Shown: positions 1 to 10,879, numbered from the stretch's first letter. The stretch is DNA of 64,000 nucleotides from Alphaproteobacteria bacterium (GCA_965243135.1 OZ251539.1:3520001-3584000); one strand, 5' to 3'. A program made the numbers and translations. The notes: generated by a model from the letters alone, not told the origin.

Positions 1-2
1 GG

Positions 3-440
3 GACTGGAACGCGCCGATCCGGGACGCGCGGGTACTGGACGCGTTCTGCGGCACCGGCGCGCTCGGGTTGGAAGCGCTGAGCCGGGGCGCGGCGCACGC
101 CACGTTCATGGACAACGATTCGGACGCGGTCGCCTTCTGCCGCCGCAACATCGACGCGCTCGGAGAGGAGGCGCGGTCCGACCTTCTGTTCGGCAATTGC
201 CTGCGCCCGGTTCGTCCGGCCAGATCCTGCACGCTGCTGTTCGCCGACCCTCCGTACCGCAAGGAGCTCGCGATTCCGGCGCTCGCGGCCCTCGACGCCG
301 CCGGCTGGGTCGCGCCCGGCGCGGTTTGCGTTCTGGAGACGGGGATTCGCGAAGCCGCGGAGCCGCCCCCGGCGTTCCGGACGCTGGACGAACGGCGCTA
401 CGGGGCGGCGCAGCTGCTTTTCCTGCAGCGCGGGGCGTGA
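3..440 (+). CDS. rsmD: 16S rRNA m2G966 methyltransferase RsmD (5' end outside window)
   Basis: Frame open from base 3: VLDAFCGTGALGLEALSRGA SAM-binding motif and DPPY motif. Confidence 0.9.
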   Translation, partial: DWNAPIRDARVLDAFCGTGALGLEALSRGAAHATFMDNDSDAVAFCRRNIDALGEEARSDLLFGNCLRPVRPARSCTLLFADPPYRKELAIPALAALDAAGWVAPGAVCVLETGIREAAEPPPAFRTLDERRYGAAQLLFLQRGA

Positions 441-534
441 CGCCGACAAGTCGCCGCGAAGGAACGCGCGCCGCTCTGGCCCGCCCGGTCCGGGATCGCG
501 TATGATCGCGCGTCCCGTCAGAAGAGTTCCGTCC

Positions 535-1158
535 ATGGTTCGCAAGCCCCTCACCCGAGAAGAGCTCGACCGCGCCGACGAGAAGTCGCGAAAGCGAAAG
601 CAGGCGCGGGACCGCATGCTCGCCGGAAAGACGGTCGAGAAGGGCCTGCTGATCGTCCATACCGGCAAGGGGAAGGGCAAGTCCACGGCGGCGTTCGGAC
701 TCGCGGCGCGGGCCGTCGGCAACGGAATGAACGTGGGCATCGTGCAGTACGTCAAGGGCAAGTGGGAAACCGGCGAACGCGCCGTGCTGGAACGTTTCCC
801 CGATCAGGTCACCATCCGCACGATGGGGGAGGGCTTCACTTGGGAAACCCAGGACCGGGCGCGGGACATCGCCGCGGCCGAAAAGGCTTGGGCGGTTTCC
901 CGGGAGATGATTGCGGATCCTGCTTACGACCTGATCGTTCTCGACGAACTCAACATCGTGCTGCGCTACGACCACCTCGACCTCGGCGAGGTGCTCGACA
1001 CGCTGCGCGGCCGCCGCGAGACGCTGCACGTGGTGATCACCGGGCGCAACGCGAAGCCGGCCCTGATCGAGGCGGCGGATCTGGTGACCGAGATGACCCA
1101 GATCAAGCATCCGTTCCGCGAACAAAACGTCCGGGCCCAGAAGGGGATCGAATTCTAA
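535..1158 (+). CDS. cobO: Cob(I)alamin adenosyltransferase CobO/BtuR
   Basis: HTGKGKGKSTAAFG P-loop, MGEGFTWETQ, LDELN, ADLVTEM..IKHPF, GIEF C-terminus. Start taken at ATG 535. Confidence 0.95.
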   Translation: MVRKPLTREELDRADEKSRKRKQARDRMLAGKTVEKGLLIVHTGKGKGKSTAAFGLAARAVGNGMNVGIVQYVKGKWETGERAVLERFPDQVTIRTMGEGFTWETQDRARDIAAAEKAWAVSREMIADPAYDLIVLDELNIVLRYDHLDLGEVLDTLRGRRETLHVVITGRNAKPALIEAADLVTEMTQIKHPFREQNVRAQKGIEF

Positions 1159-1545
1159 CCCGGATATCTCGGTGCGCCGCGGAAAGGCGCACCAAGGATC
1201 GTGATCTACTGCGGGCCGAAATTCTCGGAAGCGGACATCGACCGCGCAACGGGATCCACCTCTCAAACGCCCCCCTGTCGCGCGCGAATGCCTCGACTGG
1301 CGCAAGCCCAACGGCGACGTCAAAGACATGAACGCCCGCGTCGCCTCGTTGCGGACGCGGCAGCCTCTGCCGCCGTCGCAGCGCCTGCCGACTCGCGTGG
1401 CGCCTGCTCCCTGCGGCGTCCCCGACAGTTTCGTTTCCGACAGGTATCCTTCGAGTTGAAACGCGCCCGCGGCGCGTTCCGAACGCGGGACGAGCTGCGG
1501 TCAGCCCGTTCCACGCGCAGCGCGGCCCACTCCCCGGCCCGGCCG

Positions 1546-3291
1546 TCAGCGACGCCCGAACAGACGCTCGATGTCGGCCAGATCCAGAGACACGTAGGTA
1601 GGCCGGCCGTGGTTGCACTGGCCCGAATGAGGCGTCGCCTCCATGTCTCGCAGAAGCGCGTTCATCTCCTCGGGCGTCAGGCGGCGCCCCGATCTCACGC
1701 TGCCGTGACAGGCGAGGGTCGAGCACACCTCCTCCAAGCGCTCCTTCAGAGCGAAGCCCTCCCCGTGCTCCGCGAGATCGTCCGCCAGATCCCGCACGAG
1801 AGCGCCGGCGTCCACGGAGCCGAGAAGCGCCGGAACCTCCCGGACGACCACGGCGCCGGGGCCGAACCTCTCGACGACGAGTCCAAGTTCCCGGAATTCC
1901 TCCGCGCGGCCGCAGACCAGGTCGACGGCGGCGTCCTCCAACTCCACGACCGCCGGAACGAGGAGCCCCTGCCGTTCCACGCCGCCGTCCGCGAGCCGCG
2001 CCTTCATGCGCTCGTAGACCAGCCGCTCGTGCGCCGCGTGCTGGTCGACGATCACGATTCCGGATTCCGTCTGGGCGACGATGTAGTTTTCGTGGAGCTG
2101 GGCGCGCGCGACGCCCAGCGGCCCGCCTCGCGGCGGCGCCTCCTCGACGGGGGCGGCGCGGGCGGACGGGCGGTCGAAGCCCGGCAGCGTCCCGGCGAAC
2201 GGCGCCGGAGATTCGCGGACGGGAGGGCTTTCCGGCCTCCGGCCGCCGCCCGGCCGGAAAGCGTCGAACGCGGCCGTCGCCACGGTCGTCGACGCCCGGT
2301 GCCCGGCCGTCTCGAGCGCGCGCCTGAGCCCGCCCACGATCAGCCCGCGCACCAGCGAAACGTCCCGGAACCGCACTTCCGTCTTGGCGGGATGCACGTT
2401 CACGTCGACGGCCTCCGGCGGCGCGTCGAGGAACAGCGCGACCATGGGGTGCCTGTCGCGCGCGAGAAAATCCTGATACGCGCCGCGAACCGCGCCGATC
2501 AGCATGCGGTCCTGGACGGGCCGGCCGTTCACGAACAGGAACTGCGCCCGGCCGTTGCCGCGGTTCAGCGTCGGCAGGCCGGCGTAACCCGAAAGCTGCG
2601 CGCCGCCCCGGTCGGCCTCGACCGGCACGGCGTTGTCCGCGAACTCCCGCCCCATCGCCGCCGACAGGCGGTCGAGGCGCGCGCCGCCGCCGTCCGCCCG
2701 CGGGTACCGAAAACGCTCGCGGGCGCCGTCCGACAGGGAAAACGCGATGCCGGGATGGGCCATCGCGAGCCGCCGCAGGGCGTCGGCCGCGTAGTCGAAC
2801 TCGGTCCGCGCCGACTTGAGGAACTTCAGCCGCGCCGGCGTGGCGTAGAACAGGTCGCGCACCTCGATGCGCGTGCCGGCCCGCAGCGCCGCCGGAGCCG
2901 GCCGGCCCTTGCGGCCCGCCTCGACGTCGATGGCGAAAGCGTCCGGCGCGCCTTCGGCGCGGCTCGCGATGCGCAGACGCGCGACCGCCCCGATCGAAGG
3001 CAGCGCCTCGCCGCGGAAACCGAGCGTGCGGATGTTCACGAGGTCTTCGTCCGGCAGCTTCGACGTCGCATGGCGCTCGACCGCCAGAAGCAGCTCGTCC
3101 GCGGTCATTCCCCGCCCGTCGTCGACCACCGATATCCGCACGCGTCCGCCGTCCTCGAGCGCGACCTCGACGTGGCGCGCCCCGGCGTCGACCGCGTTTT
3201 CGGCGAGCTCCTTCACGACCGCCGCCGGCCGCTCGATCACCTCGCCGGCGGCGATGCGGTTGACGAGCGTTTCGGGCAGAAGGCGGATCAC
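1546..3291 (-). CDS. mutL: DNA mismatch repair protein MutL
   Basis: [55 protein letters not shown] at 3291 overlaps the pgi stop (GTGA). Confidence 0.97.
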   Translation of the reverse strand: MIRLLPETLVNRIAAGEVIERPAAVVKELAENAVDAGARHVEVALEDGGRVRISVVDDGRGMTADELLLAVERHATSKLPDEDLVNIRTLGFRGEALPSIGAVARLRIASRAEGAPDAFAIDVEAGRKGRPAPAALRAGTRIEVRDLFYATPARLKFLKSARTEFDYAADALRRLAMAHPGIAFSLSDGARERFRYPRADGGGARLDRLSAAMGREFADNAVPVEADRGGAQLSGYAGLPTLNRGNGRAQFLFVNGRPVQDRMLIGAVRGAYQDFLARDRHPMVALFLDAPPEAVDVNVHPAKTEVRFRDVSLVRGLIVGGLRRALETAGHRASTTVATAAFDAFRPGGGRRPESPPVRESPAPFAGTLPGFDRPSARAAPVEEAPPRGGPLGVARAQLHENYIVAQTESGIVIVDQHAAHERLVYERMKARLADGGVERQGLLVPAVVELEDAAVDLVCGRAEEFRELGLVVERFGPGAVVVREVPALLGSVDAGALVRDLADDLAEHGEGFALKERLEEVCSTLACHGSVRSGRRLTPEEMNALLRDMEATPHSGQCNHGRPTYVSLDLADIERLFGRR

Positions 3292-4556
3292 GGCTTCGCT
3301 CCCGAAAGATAGGCGCGCGCGAGAACCTTGCCCTCCTCGACGGCCGGCTGGTCGAACGGGTCCACGCCCAGCAGGCGCGCGGCGACGACGGTCTCCAGCA
3401 TGAAATGCATCATCAGCGCGCCGAGAGCGCGCTCGTCGACGGCCGGGAGGCGGAACGTCCGCACCGGGCGCCCCCTGTTCGCCAGCGCGGCGGCGGTGGC
3501 GCGCGCCTCCGCGTCGAACAGGTCTCCCATGGCGCGTCCCCGCATGTAGGGCACGTCCCCGGCGAGGTCGTCGGCGACCCGCGGGCCGCCGCCGGCGCTG
3601 TCCGGCAGGATCAGCGTGAACATCTTGTCCGCGGGGCCGTCGAGGTAGAGTTGAAGCTGGCTGTGCTGGTCCACGGTTCCCGCGGCGGCGACCGGCGTCG
3701 CGCCGAGGCCGTCCTTTCCGAGGCTCTCCGCCCGGAGCTGGCAGTACCAGCGCGCGAACGGCGCCAGCCGGTCGCAGTAGGGCATCAGGACGGACACGCC
3801 GCGGCCGAGGCCCGCCTCCGCCGCCGCGCCGCAGGCGGGCGGCGGCGCCTCGTCTCCCCGGAGAACGCCGTCGAGCGCGAACGCGGCGCCCTCCCGCGCG
3901 GCGACCGGATCGAGGCCCGCGATCGCCGCCGGGAGCAATCCCGTCACCGACAGCGCGGAGAAGCGCCCGCCGACGCCGGGATCGTGGTCGAGGCGCCGCA
4001 TGCCGAACCTGTCCGCGAGCGCCGCGAGCGGGCTGTCGCCCGGCTGCGTGACGGCGACCATCCGGTCCCCCGGCGCGCCGAGGGCCTTCCGCATCGCGTC
4101 GACGACGAGCGCGGCCTGGGTCATCGTCTCCGCCGTGGATCCGGATTTGGAGACGGCGACGACGCCGGCGCGGTCGAGCGCGACGGAGTCGAGCAGGGCG
4201 GCGAACGCGTGGGGGTCGACGTTCTCCATGAAATGAATCCGCGGACGCTCGCCGGCAGGCTCCGCGAGGGCGCACAGCGTCTTGCCGCCGAGCGACGAGC
4301 CGCCGGTGCCGAGAACGATCACGTCGTCGAATCTCTCGCGGAACTCCGCCGCCGCTTCGGCGATGGCCGGGAGGTCGTCGCGCCGTTCCGGCAGACGCAA
4401 CATCGGCAGAGAGCCGTCCGCGTGGGCAGCGCGAATCCCGTCGAGAGCCGCGGCGGCCTCTTCCAGGCGCTCCCGGTAGACCGGTCGCGCAAGCCCGCCC
4501 TCGCCGATGGATTCGGCGAAGCAGTCCGTCAGGTTCTGGTCGTAAGGCGCCGTCAC
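3288..4556 (-). CDS. pgi: Glucose-6-phosphate isomerase (short type)
   Basis: [47 protein letters not shown]. Confidence 0.93.
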   Translation of the reverse strand: MTAPYDQNLTDCFAESIGEGGLARPVYRERLEEAAAALDGIRAAHADGSLPMLRLPERRDDLPAIAEAAAEFRERFDDVIVLGTGGSSLGGKTLCALAEPAGERPRIHFMENVDPHAFAALLDSVALDRAGVVAVSKSGSTAETMTQAALVVDAMRKALGAPGDRMVAVTQPGDSPLAALADRFGMRRLDHDPGVGGRFSALSVTGLLPAAIAGLDPVAAREGAAFALDGVLRGDEAPPPACGAAAEAGLGRGVSVLMPYCDRLAPFARWYCQLRAESLGKDGLGATPVAAAGTVDQHSQLQLYLDGPADKMFTLILPDSAGGGPRVADDLAGDVPYMRGRAMGDLFDAEARATAAALANRGRPVRTFRLPAVDERALGALMMHFMLETVVAARLLGVDPFDQPAVEEGKVLARAYLSGAKP

Positions 4557-4618
4557 GTCATGCCCCCGCGAGAGATCGACGAAGTAATGTAGGGCGCGGA
4601 ATCGAATCGGAAAGGGCG

Positions 4619-5935
4619 TCAGGGGCTCGCTGCGACGCCTTCCGGATCGCCGACGACGACGACGGCGAGGTCTTCGGCGCGGAAAATCCTGCGCGCCACG
4701 CGATTGGCCTGCTCAAGCGTGACGGAATCGATCAGGCGGCGGCGCTCGTCCACGTAGTCGATTCCGAGCCGGGCGAGCTGGATGCCGACCAGCGTGTCGG
4801 CGATCCGCCTGCCGGAATCGAAGCGCAGCGGGAAGGAGCCGTTCAGATAGGTCTTCGCGTCGCGAAGCTCTTTCCCGTCGACTCCGTCCCTGGCGATCCG
4901 CCGCCACTCCCCGCGAATCGTTTCCAGCGCCTCGCTGGCGCGCGCGTTGCGGGTGGCGACGCCCCCGGCCACCAGGGCCGCGCGATCCATGGGATGCAGG
5001 TAGGCGTAAACGGAATAGGCGAGGCCGCGCTTGTTGCGCACGGCCTCGTTAAGCCGGGAATTGAGGCCGCCCCCGCCGAGGATTTCCGTCACCAGCAGCG
5101 CGGCGTACCAGTCGGGATCGTCGCGCGCGATGCCCGCATGGCCGAACACCATGGAGCTCTGCGGAACCTGCTTGCGGACGATCAGCGTCTTCCCGGCGGC
5201 CGCGGGAACGGTCCGGGGAATCTCCGGGCGAGGAGCTGACGCCGGCAGATCGCCGAAGACTTCGTCCAGGCGCTCCCTGAGTTCGTCCCCCGCGACGTCC
5301 CCGACGACGCCGACGACGAGGCGGTCGCGGCCGAAACGGTCGCGCGCGTAGCTCCTGAGATCTTCCGGGGAGATCGCCGAAACCGATTCCTCCGTGCCGG
5401 TTCCCGGCCGGCCGTAGACGTGCCCGGGAAAGACGGCGGCGCGCCACTGCCTGCCGCCGATCTTCCGCGGATCCTCGGCCGCGGCGCGCAGCGACGCGAC
5501 GATCTGTCCGCGTATCCGTTCGACGGGTTCGGAATCGAAGCGCGGCGCGGTCAGCGCGAGCCGCAAAAGGCCGAAGGCGCGGTCCCGCTCCGACGCGAGC
5601 GTCTGGAGCCGCCCCGAGAAATCGTCCGCGTCGGCGTCGAACGACAGTCTGGCGGCGGTTTCCTCGAGCGCCCGCTGGAACGACTGGGAATCGACGTCGC
5701 CCGCGCCCTCGTCGAGCAGCGCGGAAGCCATGTCGGCCAGCCCTTCCTTGCCGTCGGGGTCGGAGGACCAGCCGGCGCCCCTGAACGCGAAACTCACCGC
5801 GATCAACGGCACGGACCGGTCGCGCACGAACCAGGCCGAGACGCCCTTGCCGGAGACGACCTGCTGGATGTCGACGGACGCCGCCGGAAGCGGCAGCGCC
5901 GCGACGAGGAGCAGGACCGCCAGCCGGAGCTTCAC
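4619..5935 (-). CDS. M16 family peptidase, non-catalytic subunit (signal peptide)
   Basis: GTG at 5935, hydrophobic leader, LLDEGAG, GGGLNSRL..VR.KRGLAY. Lacks HXXEH. Confidence 0.88.
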   Translation of the reverse strand: MKLRLAVLLLVAALPLPAASVDIQQVVSGKGVSAWFVRDRSVPLIAVSFAFRGAGWSSDPDGKEGLADMASALLDEGAGDVDSQSFQRALEETAARLSFDADADDFSGRLQTLASERDRAFGLLRLALTAPRFDSEPVERIRGQIVASLRAAAEDPRKIGGRQWRAAVFPGHVYGRPGTGTEESVSAISPEDLRSYARDRFGRDRLVVGVVGDVAGDELRERLDEVFGDLPASAPRPEIPRTVPAAAGKTLIVRKQVPQSSMVFGHAGIARDDPDWYAALLVTEILGGGGLNSRLNEAVRNKRGLAYSVYAYLHPMDRAALVAGGVATRNARASEALETIRGEWRRIARDGVDGKELRDAKTYLNGSFPLRFDSGRRIADTLVGIQLARLGIDYVDERRRLIDSVTLEQANRVARRIFRAEDLAVVVVGDPEGVAASP

Positions 5936-7284
5936 GGCTTCCCCGGCAGCAGAACGCCGGTCACCGACCGGCGAAGGTCGAGCGCCTTCCGGGCGGCCGA
6001 CATGATTTCCGGTCCGGTCACCGCGGCGATCCGGTCGGGCCAGGATTCCACGTCCTCGATCGTCCGGCCGACCGCGAAGGCCCGTCCGATGGCCATGGGT
6101 CCGGCGCGAAGGCCGTCGCGAGCGTAGACCGCGGCGCTCGCCATCAGGCGCTTGGCGCGCCGGACGTCCCGCGCCTCGAAGCCTTCCTCGAGGGCGGCCT
6201 CCAGCTCCTCCTCCAAGGCGGCTTCGAGCGCTTCGACGTATCCGCCGGGCCTGGGAGTGGCGTACAGCCCGAACTCGGCGTAATCGCGGGAATCGCCGGA
6301 AAACCATGCGCCGGCGCCGGCCGCCAGTCCGCGCTCGACCACGAGCCTGCGATAGAGGCGGCTCGTGGACCCGCCGCCCAGCAGTTCCGCGAAAACCTCC
6401 AGCGCGTGCAGCCGGTCCTCGAAGTCCGGGACCAGATACATCCTGGACCACGACGGCTGGCGGACGCGGTCGCTGGTCAGGGTCACGCGGCGCGGCGCCA
6501 GGTGCGGCGGCTCCTTCCCCCGCTCGCGCGCCGGCGCGGCGCGGGAGGAAATCGGGCCGTAGTGCTTGCGGGCCAGTTCCTTCACCCGGTCCGGCGTCAC
6601 GTCGCCCGCGACGATGAGCATGGCGTTTCCGGGCGCGTAGTGCCGCCGGTAGAAGGCCATGGCCTTGTCCGTCGTCAGCCGCCTTATCTCGCTCTCCCAG
6701 CCGATCACGGGCCTGCCGTAGGGATGATTGAGATAGAGGAGCCGCCGCATCCGTTCGCGCAGCTGCGCCGCCGGCCGGTTGTCGGTGCGGGAGCGCCGCT
6801 CCTCGAGAACGACCTCGCGTTCGGGCAGAACGACGACGTCGGTCAACGCGAGATTCCGCATCCGGTCGGCCTCGATCCGCATGACCGTTTCGAGCTCGTG
6901 CGCCGCCACGCGCTGGAAATAGGCCGAATAGTCGTAGCTGGTGAAGGCGTTGTCCCGGCCGCCGACGCGGGCGACGATCCGCGAGAACTCCCCGGGCTCG
7001 AGGTTCTTCGTGCCCCTGAACATCAGGTGTTCGACGAGATGCGCGAGGCCGATCTCGCCGGGCCGTTCGTCGGCCGCGCCGACCCGGTACCACACCATCT
7101 GCATGACGATGGGCGCCCGGTCGTTTTCCAGCACGACGACCTCGAGGCCGTTGTCCAGCTTGAAGCCGACCGGGTTGAACACGCCCGCCGCGGCGGGCGG
7201 CGGCGCGGCGAGGCAGACGGCGAGCGCGAGCGACCCGAGCGCCGCCGGGAAGGGCAGCCGGCCCGCGCCGCGCCGCGCGGTCAG
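5932..7284 (-). CDS. M16 family zinc peptidase, catalytic subunit (start uncertain)
   Basis: GLAHLVEHLMFRGT (HXXEH), NAFTSYD, VVLEER, HPYGRPVIGW. Signal-like N-terminus. Confidence 0.9.
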   Translation of the reverse strand: MTARRGAGRLPFPAALGSLALAVCLAAPPPAAAGVFNPVGFKLDNGLEVVVLENDRAPIVMQMVWYRVGAADERPGEIGLAHLVEHLMFRGTKNLEPGEFSRIVARVGGRDNAFTSYDYSAYFQRVAAHELETVMRIEADRMRNLALTDVVVLPEREVVLEERRSRTDNRPAAQLRERMRRLLYLNHPYGRPVIGWESEIRRLTTDKAMAFYRRHYAPGNAMLIVAGDVTPDRVKELARKHYGPISSRAAPARERGKEPPHLAPRRVTLTSDRVRQPSWSRMYLVPDFEDRLHALEVFAELLGGGSTSRLYRRLVVERGLAAGAGAWFSGDSRDYAEFGLYATPRPGGYVEALEAALEEELEAALEEGFEARDVRRAKRLMASAAVYARDGLRAGPMAIGRAFAVGRTIEDVESWPDRIAAVTGPEIMSAARKALDLRRSVTGVLLPGKP

Positions 7285-7820
7285 TTGAAGATCCTCTCGA
7301 TCCAGCCTCTGGACCTGCGCTCGATCCGCGGCGTCTCGCCCTCGGTCGGCGGCTTGCCCCGTTCGGCGTTCTCCCGAAGCCGTTCGGCTTCCCGTTTCGC
7401 GTCGACCACGTCTTCCGACCCCGCGTCGTCGCCCCGGGAAAGGATGCGGTCCACGAAACCCCGGTCCTCCGCCTTCAGGACCGAAGCGTCGCGATCGAGC
7501 TTGCGGCGAATGCCGGGTTCGGCGTCCGCCGCGCGCGAGGCTTCCAGCAGTTCCGCTTCTCCCGACGAGGCGGACGCTTCGTCCTGCGAATCCGGAGCCA
7601 GCAGATCCTGCGCCTCGGTCGCGACCTCCGGCTCCTGGGGCCGCGCCGCGCCCGGCCGGGGCGGCCGCAGCCCGTAATCGGGCGGCAGGCTCAGAGGCGC
7701 CCGCGTGACGACCGCGAACTCGTCGGGCGATTGTTTTTCGAGCCCGGAAACCTGCCGCACCTGGTCGCATGCCGACAGAGCCAGCAGCGCCGCCACGCAG
7801 CCGAGAACCTTCGCTTTCAT
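7281..7820 (-). CDS. DUF3035-type lipoprotein
   Basis: LSAC lipobox and PDEFAVVTRAPLSLPPDY.LRPP motif. Usual position after lspA in Alphaproteobacteria. Confidence 0.8.
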   Translation of the reverse strand: MKAKVLGCVAALLALSACDQVRQVSGLEKQSPDEFAVVTRAPLSLPPDYGLRPPRPGAARPQEPEVATEAQDLLAPDSQDEASASSGEAELLEASRAADAEPGIRRKLDRDASVLKAEDRGFVDRILSRGDDAGSEDVVDAKREAERLRENAERGKPPTEGETPRIERRSRGWIERIFN

Positions 7821-8320
7821 GGATGCCTCTCCCTGTCGTCGGCCCGTTTCAATTTAGGGTCGCGGCGGCCTCCGATCAAGCCGTCCACGACGATGGCGGC
7901 GACGCCGACCGAAATCGCCGCGTCGGCGGCGTTGAACGCCGGCCAATGATACCCGAAGGCGTGAAAATCGAGGAAGTCGGCGACGGCGCCGTGCACCAGG
8001 CGGTCGACGACGTTGCCGGCCGCGCCGCCGATGACGAGGCCGAGCGCGGCGGCGAGCGGCCGCGAGCCGACGCGCGCGAGCCAGACGGCCAGTCCGGCGC
8101 AGATCGCCGCGGCGACGGCGACGAGCAGATATCGCCCCCAGGCCGGCGCCGATCCGAACAGGCCGAAGCTCGCGCCCGCGTTCCACACCATGACCAAGTT
8201 GAAGAACGGCGCGACCTCGATGACCCGGGGCGGGTTCATCACGCCGTAGACGATCCAGGCCTTCGACGCCTGGTCGAGCGCGGCGGTCGCGGCGGCCACC
8301 GACAGTCCGTAGCGAAGCAA
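7817..8320 (-). CDS. lspA: Lipoprotein signal peptidase II
   Basis: DQASK, VWNAGASFG, GGAAGNVVDR, VADF, WPAFNAADA. TTG start with GAAGG upstream. Confidence 0.93.
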   Translation of the reverse strand: MLRYGLSVAAATAALDQASKAWIVYGVMNPPRVIEVAPFFNLVMVWNAGASFGLFGSAPAWGRYLLVAVAAAICAGLAVWLARVGSRPLAAALGLVIGGAAGNVVDRLVHGAVADFLDFHAFGYHWPAFNAADAAISVGVAAIVVDGLIGGRRDPKLKRADDRERHP

Positions 8321-8331
8321 GGCGCCTTCGC

Positions 8332-9276
8332 CTATCCGGCCGGAGGCGCGCCGCCTTCGAGCGCGGCGCGGGCAGCGGCGCAGTCGCGGGCGATCTGCTC
8401 CCGCAGGCTCTCGACGCCGTCGAACTTCCGTTCGGAACGGATGTAGGCGGCGAAGGCGACCCGCAGCAGCCGGCCGTAGAGGTCGCCGGCGAAATCGAAA
8501 ACGTGGGCCTCGACGTTCACGTCTTCCCCGCCGAAAGTGGGGCGGCGGCCGACGTTCGCGCAGCCCGCGCGCCAGACGGTCGCGCCGTCCTCCTCGACGC
8601 CGGCCCATACGGCGTAGACGCCGAGGGCAGGCTCGATGTATTCGCCGATCGGGAGGTTCGCGGTCGGAAATCCGATCTGCCGGCCGCGCCTGTTTCCTTC
8701 GGCGACGACGCCCTCCACCTCCCAGAGGCGGCCGAGCAGGGAGGCGGCGCCGACGGGGTCGCCGCCTGCCAGGAAGGCGCGAATGCTGGTCGACGAGCAG
8801 GCCGCGCCGCCCGCGTCCTTGACCGGTTCGACGACGGACAACCCGAAGCCGTCCTCCGCGGCCCGGTCCCGCAGGTAGCCGGCGTCGCCCTTGCGGCCGG
8901 CGCCGAACATGAAGTCGTAGCCGACGGCGACGTGCCTGGCGGCGAAGCCGCCGCGGACGAAGACGTCGACGAACCGGCCGTGGCCGATTCGTGCGGTTTC
9001 GCGGTCGAAGCCGACGACGAGGAGGTGGTCCACGCCGAGCGCCCGGAGGCGCCGCGCCTTTCCGTCGAGGGGCGTGAGCTGGAAGGACGGCTCGTCCGGC
9101 CGGAAGAAGCGCCGGGGATGCGGTTCGAACGTGATCACGGCCAGCGGCGCGCCGCGCGCCGCCGCCTCGGAGATCACGGCCTGGTGGCCGAGGTGCACGC
9201 CGTCGAAATTGCCGATGGCGACCGCGGATCCGCGGGCGGCGTCCGGCAGGTCGGCCACGTTTCTGGAAATCCGCAT
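8332..9276 (-). CDS. ribF: Bifunctional riboflavin kinase/FAD synthetase
   Basis: GNFDGVHLGH, TFEPHP, SSTSIR, GRQIGFPTAN, NVGRRPT, EAH. Confidence 0.96.
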   Translation of the reverse strand: MRISRNVADLPDAARGSAVAIGNFDGVHLGHQAVISEAAARGAPLAVITFEPHPRRFFRPDEPSFQLTPLDGKARRLRALGVDHLLVVGFDRETARIGHGRFVDVFVRGGFAARHVAVGYDFMFGAGRKGDAGYLRDRAAEDGFGLSVVEPVKDAGGAACSSTSIRAFLAGGDPVGAASLLGRLWEVEGVVAEGNRRGRQIGFPTANLPIGEYIEPALGVYAVWAGVEEDGATVWRAGCANVGRRPTFGGEDVNVEAHVFDFAGDLYGRLLRVAFAAYIRSERKFDGVESLREQIARDCAAARAALEGGAPPAG

Positions 9277-9329
9277 GGCGGCGGTCTAGTAGTCGGCGGG
9301 GCGGCCCGTGTCAAACCGCCCGCCGGGAA

Positions 9330-9803
9330 TCAGGGTTTTCGGCGGCTCGGCACCCAGAGGGTCGCCACGCCGTCGATGACGACCTTTTCGCCGATGGAGC
9401 AGACGACCTCGCAGGTCGCCCTGTTCGCTTCCGGTTCGACCAGCTTGACCGTCACGCGGGTCTGGACCGTATCCCCGATGCGCACCGGCGCCCGGAAGTT
9501 GAGGTTCTGATTGAGGTAGGCGCAGCCGGGTCCGGGCAGCTGGGTGCCGAGCACGGCGGAGATGTAGCCGCAGGTCAGCATGCCGTGGGCGATGCGGCCC
9601 TTGAACACGGTTCTGCGGGCGAACTCGTCGTTCACGTGAAGCGGGTTGTCGTCCCCCGAGATCTGCGAGTACTGGACGATGTCGGTCTCGGTCACCGTCC
9701 GCACGTAGACCTTCGTCATTCCGGCTTCGAGTTCGTCGATGTAGAAGCCGCGCAATTCGTCGAAGCTGGCGACGACCGCCGCCGGGAGGGTTTGCTGATC
9801 CAT
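9330..9803 (-). CDS. MaoC-family (R)-specific enoyl-CoA hydratase (PhaJ-like)
   Basis: SGDDNPLH hydratase-2 motif, IAHGML, LPGPG..YL.Q.LNF.APV. ATG 9803 with AAGGA RBS. Confidence 0.88.
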   Translation of the reverse strand: MDQQTLPAAVVASFDELRGFYIDELEAGMTKVYVRTVTETDIVQYSQISGDDNPLHVNDEFARRTVFKGRIAHGMLTCGYISAVLGTQLPGPGCAYLNQNLNFRAPVRIGDTVQTRVTVKLVEPEANRATCEVVCSIGEKVVIDGVATLWVPSRRKP

Positions 9804-9849
9804 CGGTCCTTCCAGAAATGTCCGGCGGGCAGCCTGCACGTTTCGGTTT

Positions 9850-9880
9850 TGCATTGCAACATGAAATTTGATGCGGCGCA
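9850..9880. promoter_or_regulatory. Two TGCnnnGCA motifs (PhaR-like operator) upstream of the phaJ-like gene
   Basis: TGCATTGCA (9850) and TGCGGCGCA (9872), 22 bp apart. Resemble alphaproteobacterial PhaR sites (inference). Confidence 0.4.
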
Positions 9881-9998
9881 CATGGGGCGTCCAGGCGCGA
9901 CCGGCGATTCCGCGAAGCCGCCGGTTCCGGAGGCAGCGCTGGGGGGCGGTACGGAAGCCGTTCGGCCGCAACTCCCCGCAGTCGCCCGCTTCCGCAGG

Positions 9999-10497
9999 TC
10001 AGCAGCCCCTTCCCCCGGACCGCGTTTCCGCCGCGATTCGCCTCGTCCGTCGGAATCGCGCGACTCGCCCGCGAAACGGATTCGCGCCGCACGCCTCTTC
10101 CGAACACGTCCTTCGGTTCCGTAGCCGCGCTACGCGCCTTCGCGCCGCACCCGACAGCGCCTCCACACGCCGGACGACCTCGCTGCGGTCAAGCGGCAAA
10201 AAGCCGGCACAGGAGTAGCGGAACCGGACAGCGTAAGGCGCGTACTCGACCATTTCGTCGAATAGGGAAGCGCTTTCGTCGCGCCTCCTTAACCGCTCCA
10301 GCAAGCGCACGAGACTGCGGATTGTCGGGTACGTCTCGCCCAGCAACGCGAGCCATGCCTTAAACAACTTTTCGACCGCCTGTTGCGCATGGAAGCCAAA
10401 TATCTGCGAAAGTGTCTGCATCTCCCATGCCGCGCAGGGCGGACAGATCCCTTTCGGCGGCTTCCAGAAGTTCGCGCGCTTGCTTATGGTCGCTCAT
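9999..10497 (-). pseudogene. HEPN toxin of an MNT-HEPN pair, frameshifted near 10405
   Basis: MSDHKQARELLEAAERDL...ADTFAD joins IFGFHAQQAVEKLFKAWL...YAVRFRY in another frame. True 3' end uncertain. Confidence 0.75.
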
Positions 10498-10819
10498 AGA
10501 GCGTCCTTCCTTCCCGCAGCGCGCGAGCGGCGACATGGTTGAGGGAGTCGCGCCAGTACGCCATCTCGTCTTTGCTGTAAACAAGAACGTCGACATCGAT
10601 ATCGAACCCCGCCAACGCCCGGTAGAGGCGCACGGCTTCAGCGCGGCGACACCGGCCGGCACCGAAGGGTTCGGCCTCCACGACGAGCAAATCGACATCG
10701 GACTCCGCCGTCGCGCCGCCCCGCGCCCGCGAGCCGAACAGGATGACCTGCTCCGGATCCGCCTCGTCCACGATAACGCGCACCATCCGGTCGAGCAGCG
10801 CGGCGCCCGCCTGCGTCAC
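10484..10819 (-). CDS. Minimal nucleotidyltransferase (MNT) antitoxin
   Basis: ILFGSRARG...SDVDLLVV motif; overlaps the HEPN gene. Confidence 0.88.
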   Translation of the reverse strand: MTQAGAALLDRMVRVIVDEADPEQVILFGSRARGGATAESDVDLLVVEAEPFGAGRCRRAEAVRLYRALAGFDIDVDVLVYSKDEMAYWRDSLNHVAARALREGRTLYERP

Positions 10820-10879
10820 GGCGCCGTTTCCTCGAAAAGCATCGAGACGCTTACATGGCTCGTCCGCGCCGGTACCGAA

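Noticed and set aside
441-534. Cobalamin riboswitch before cobO
   Set aside because: Intergenic space is under 100 bp and no B12-box is visible.
1201-7770. Long ORFs such as 1201-3312(+), 3405-4592(+), 6406-7677(+) and the long N-terminal extensions of mutL and the M16 genes
   Set aside because: Shadow frames of high-GC genes; Arg/Ala/Pro-rich with no motifs, and true starts are evident at stop/start overlaps.
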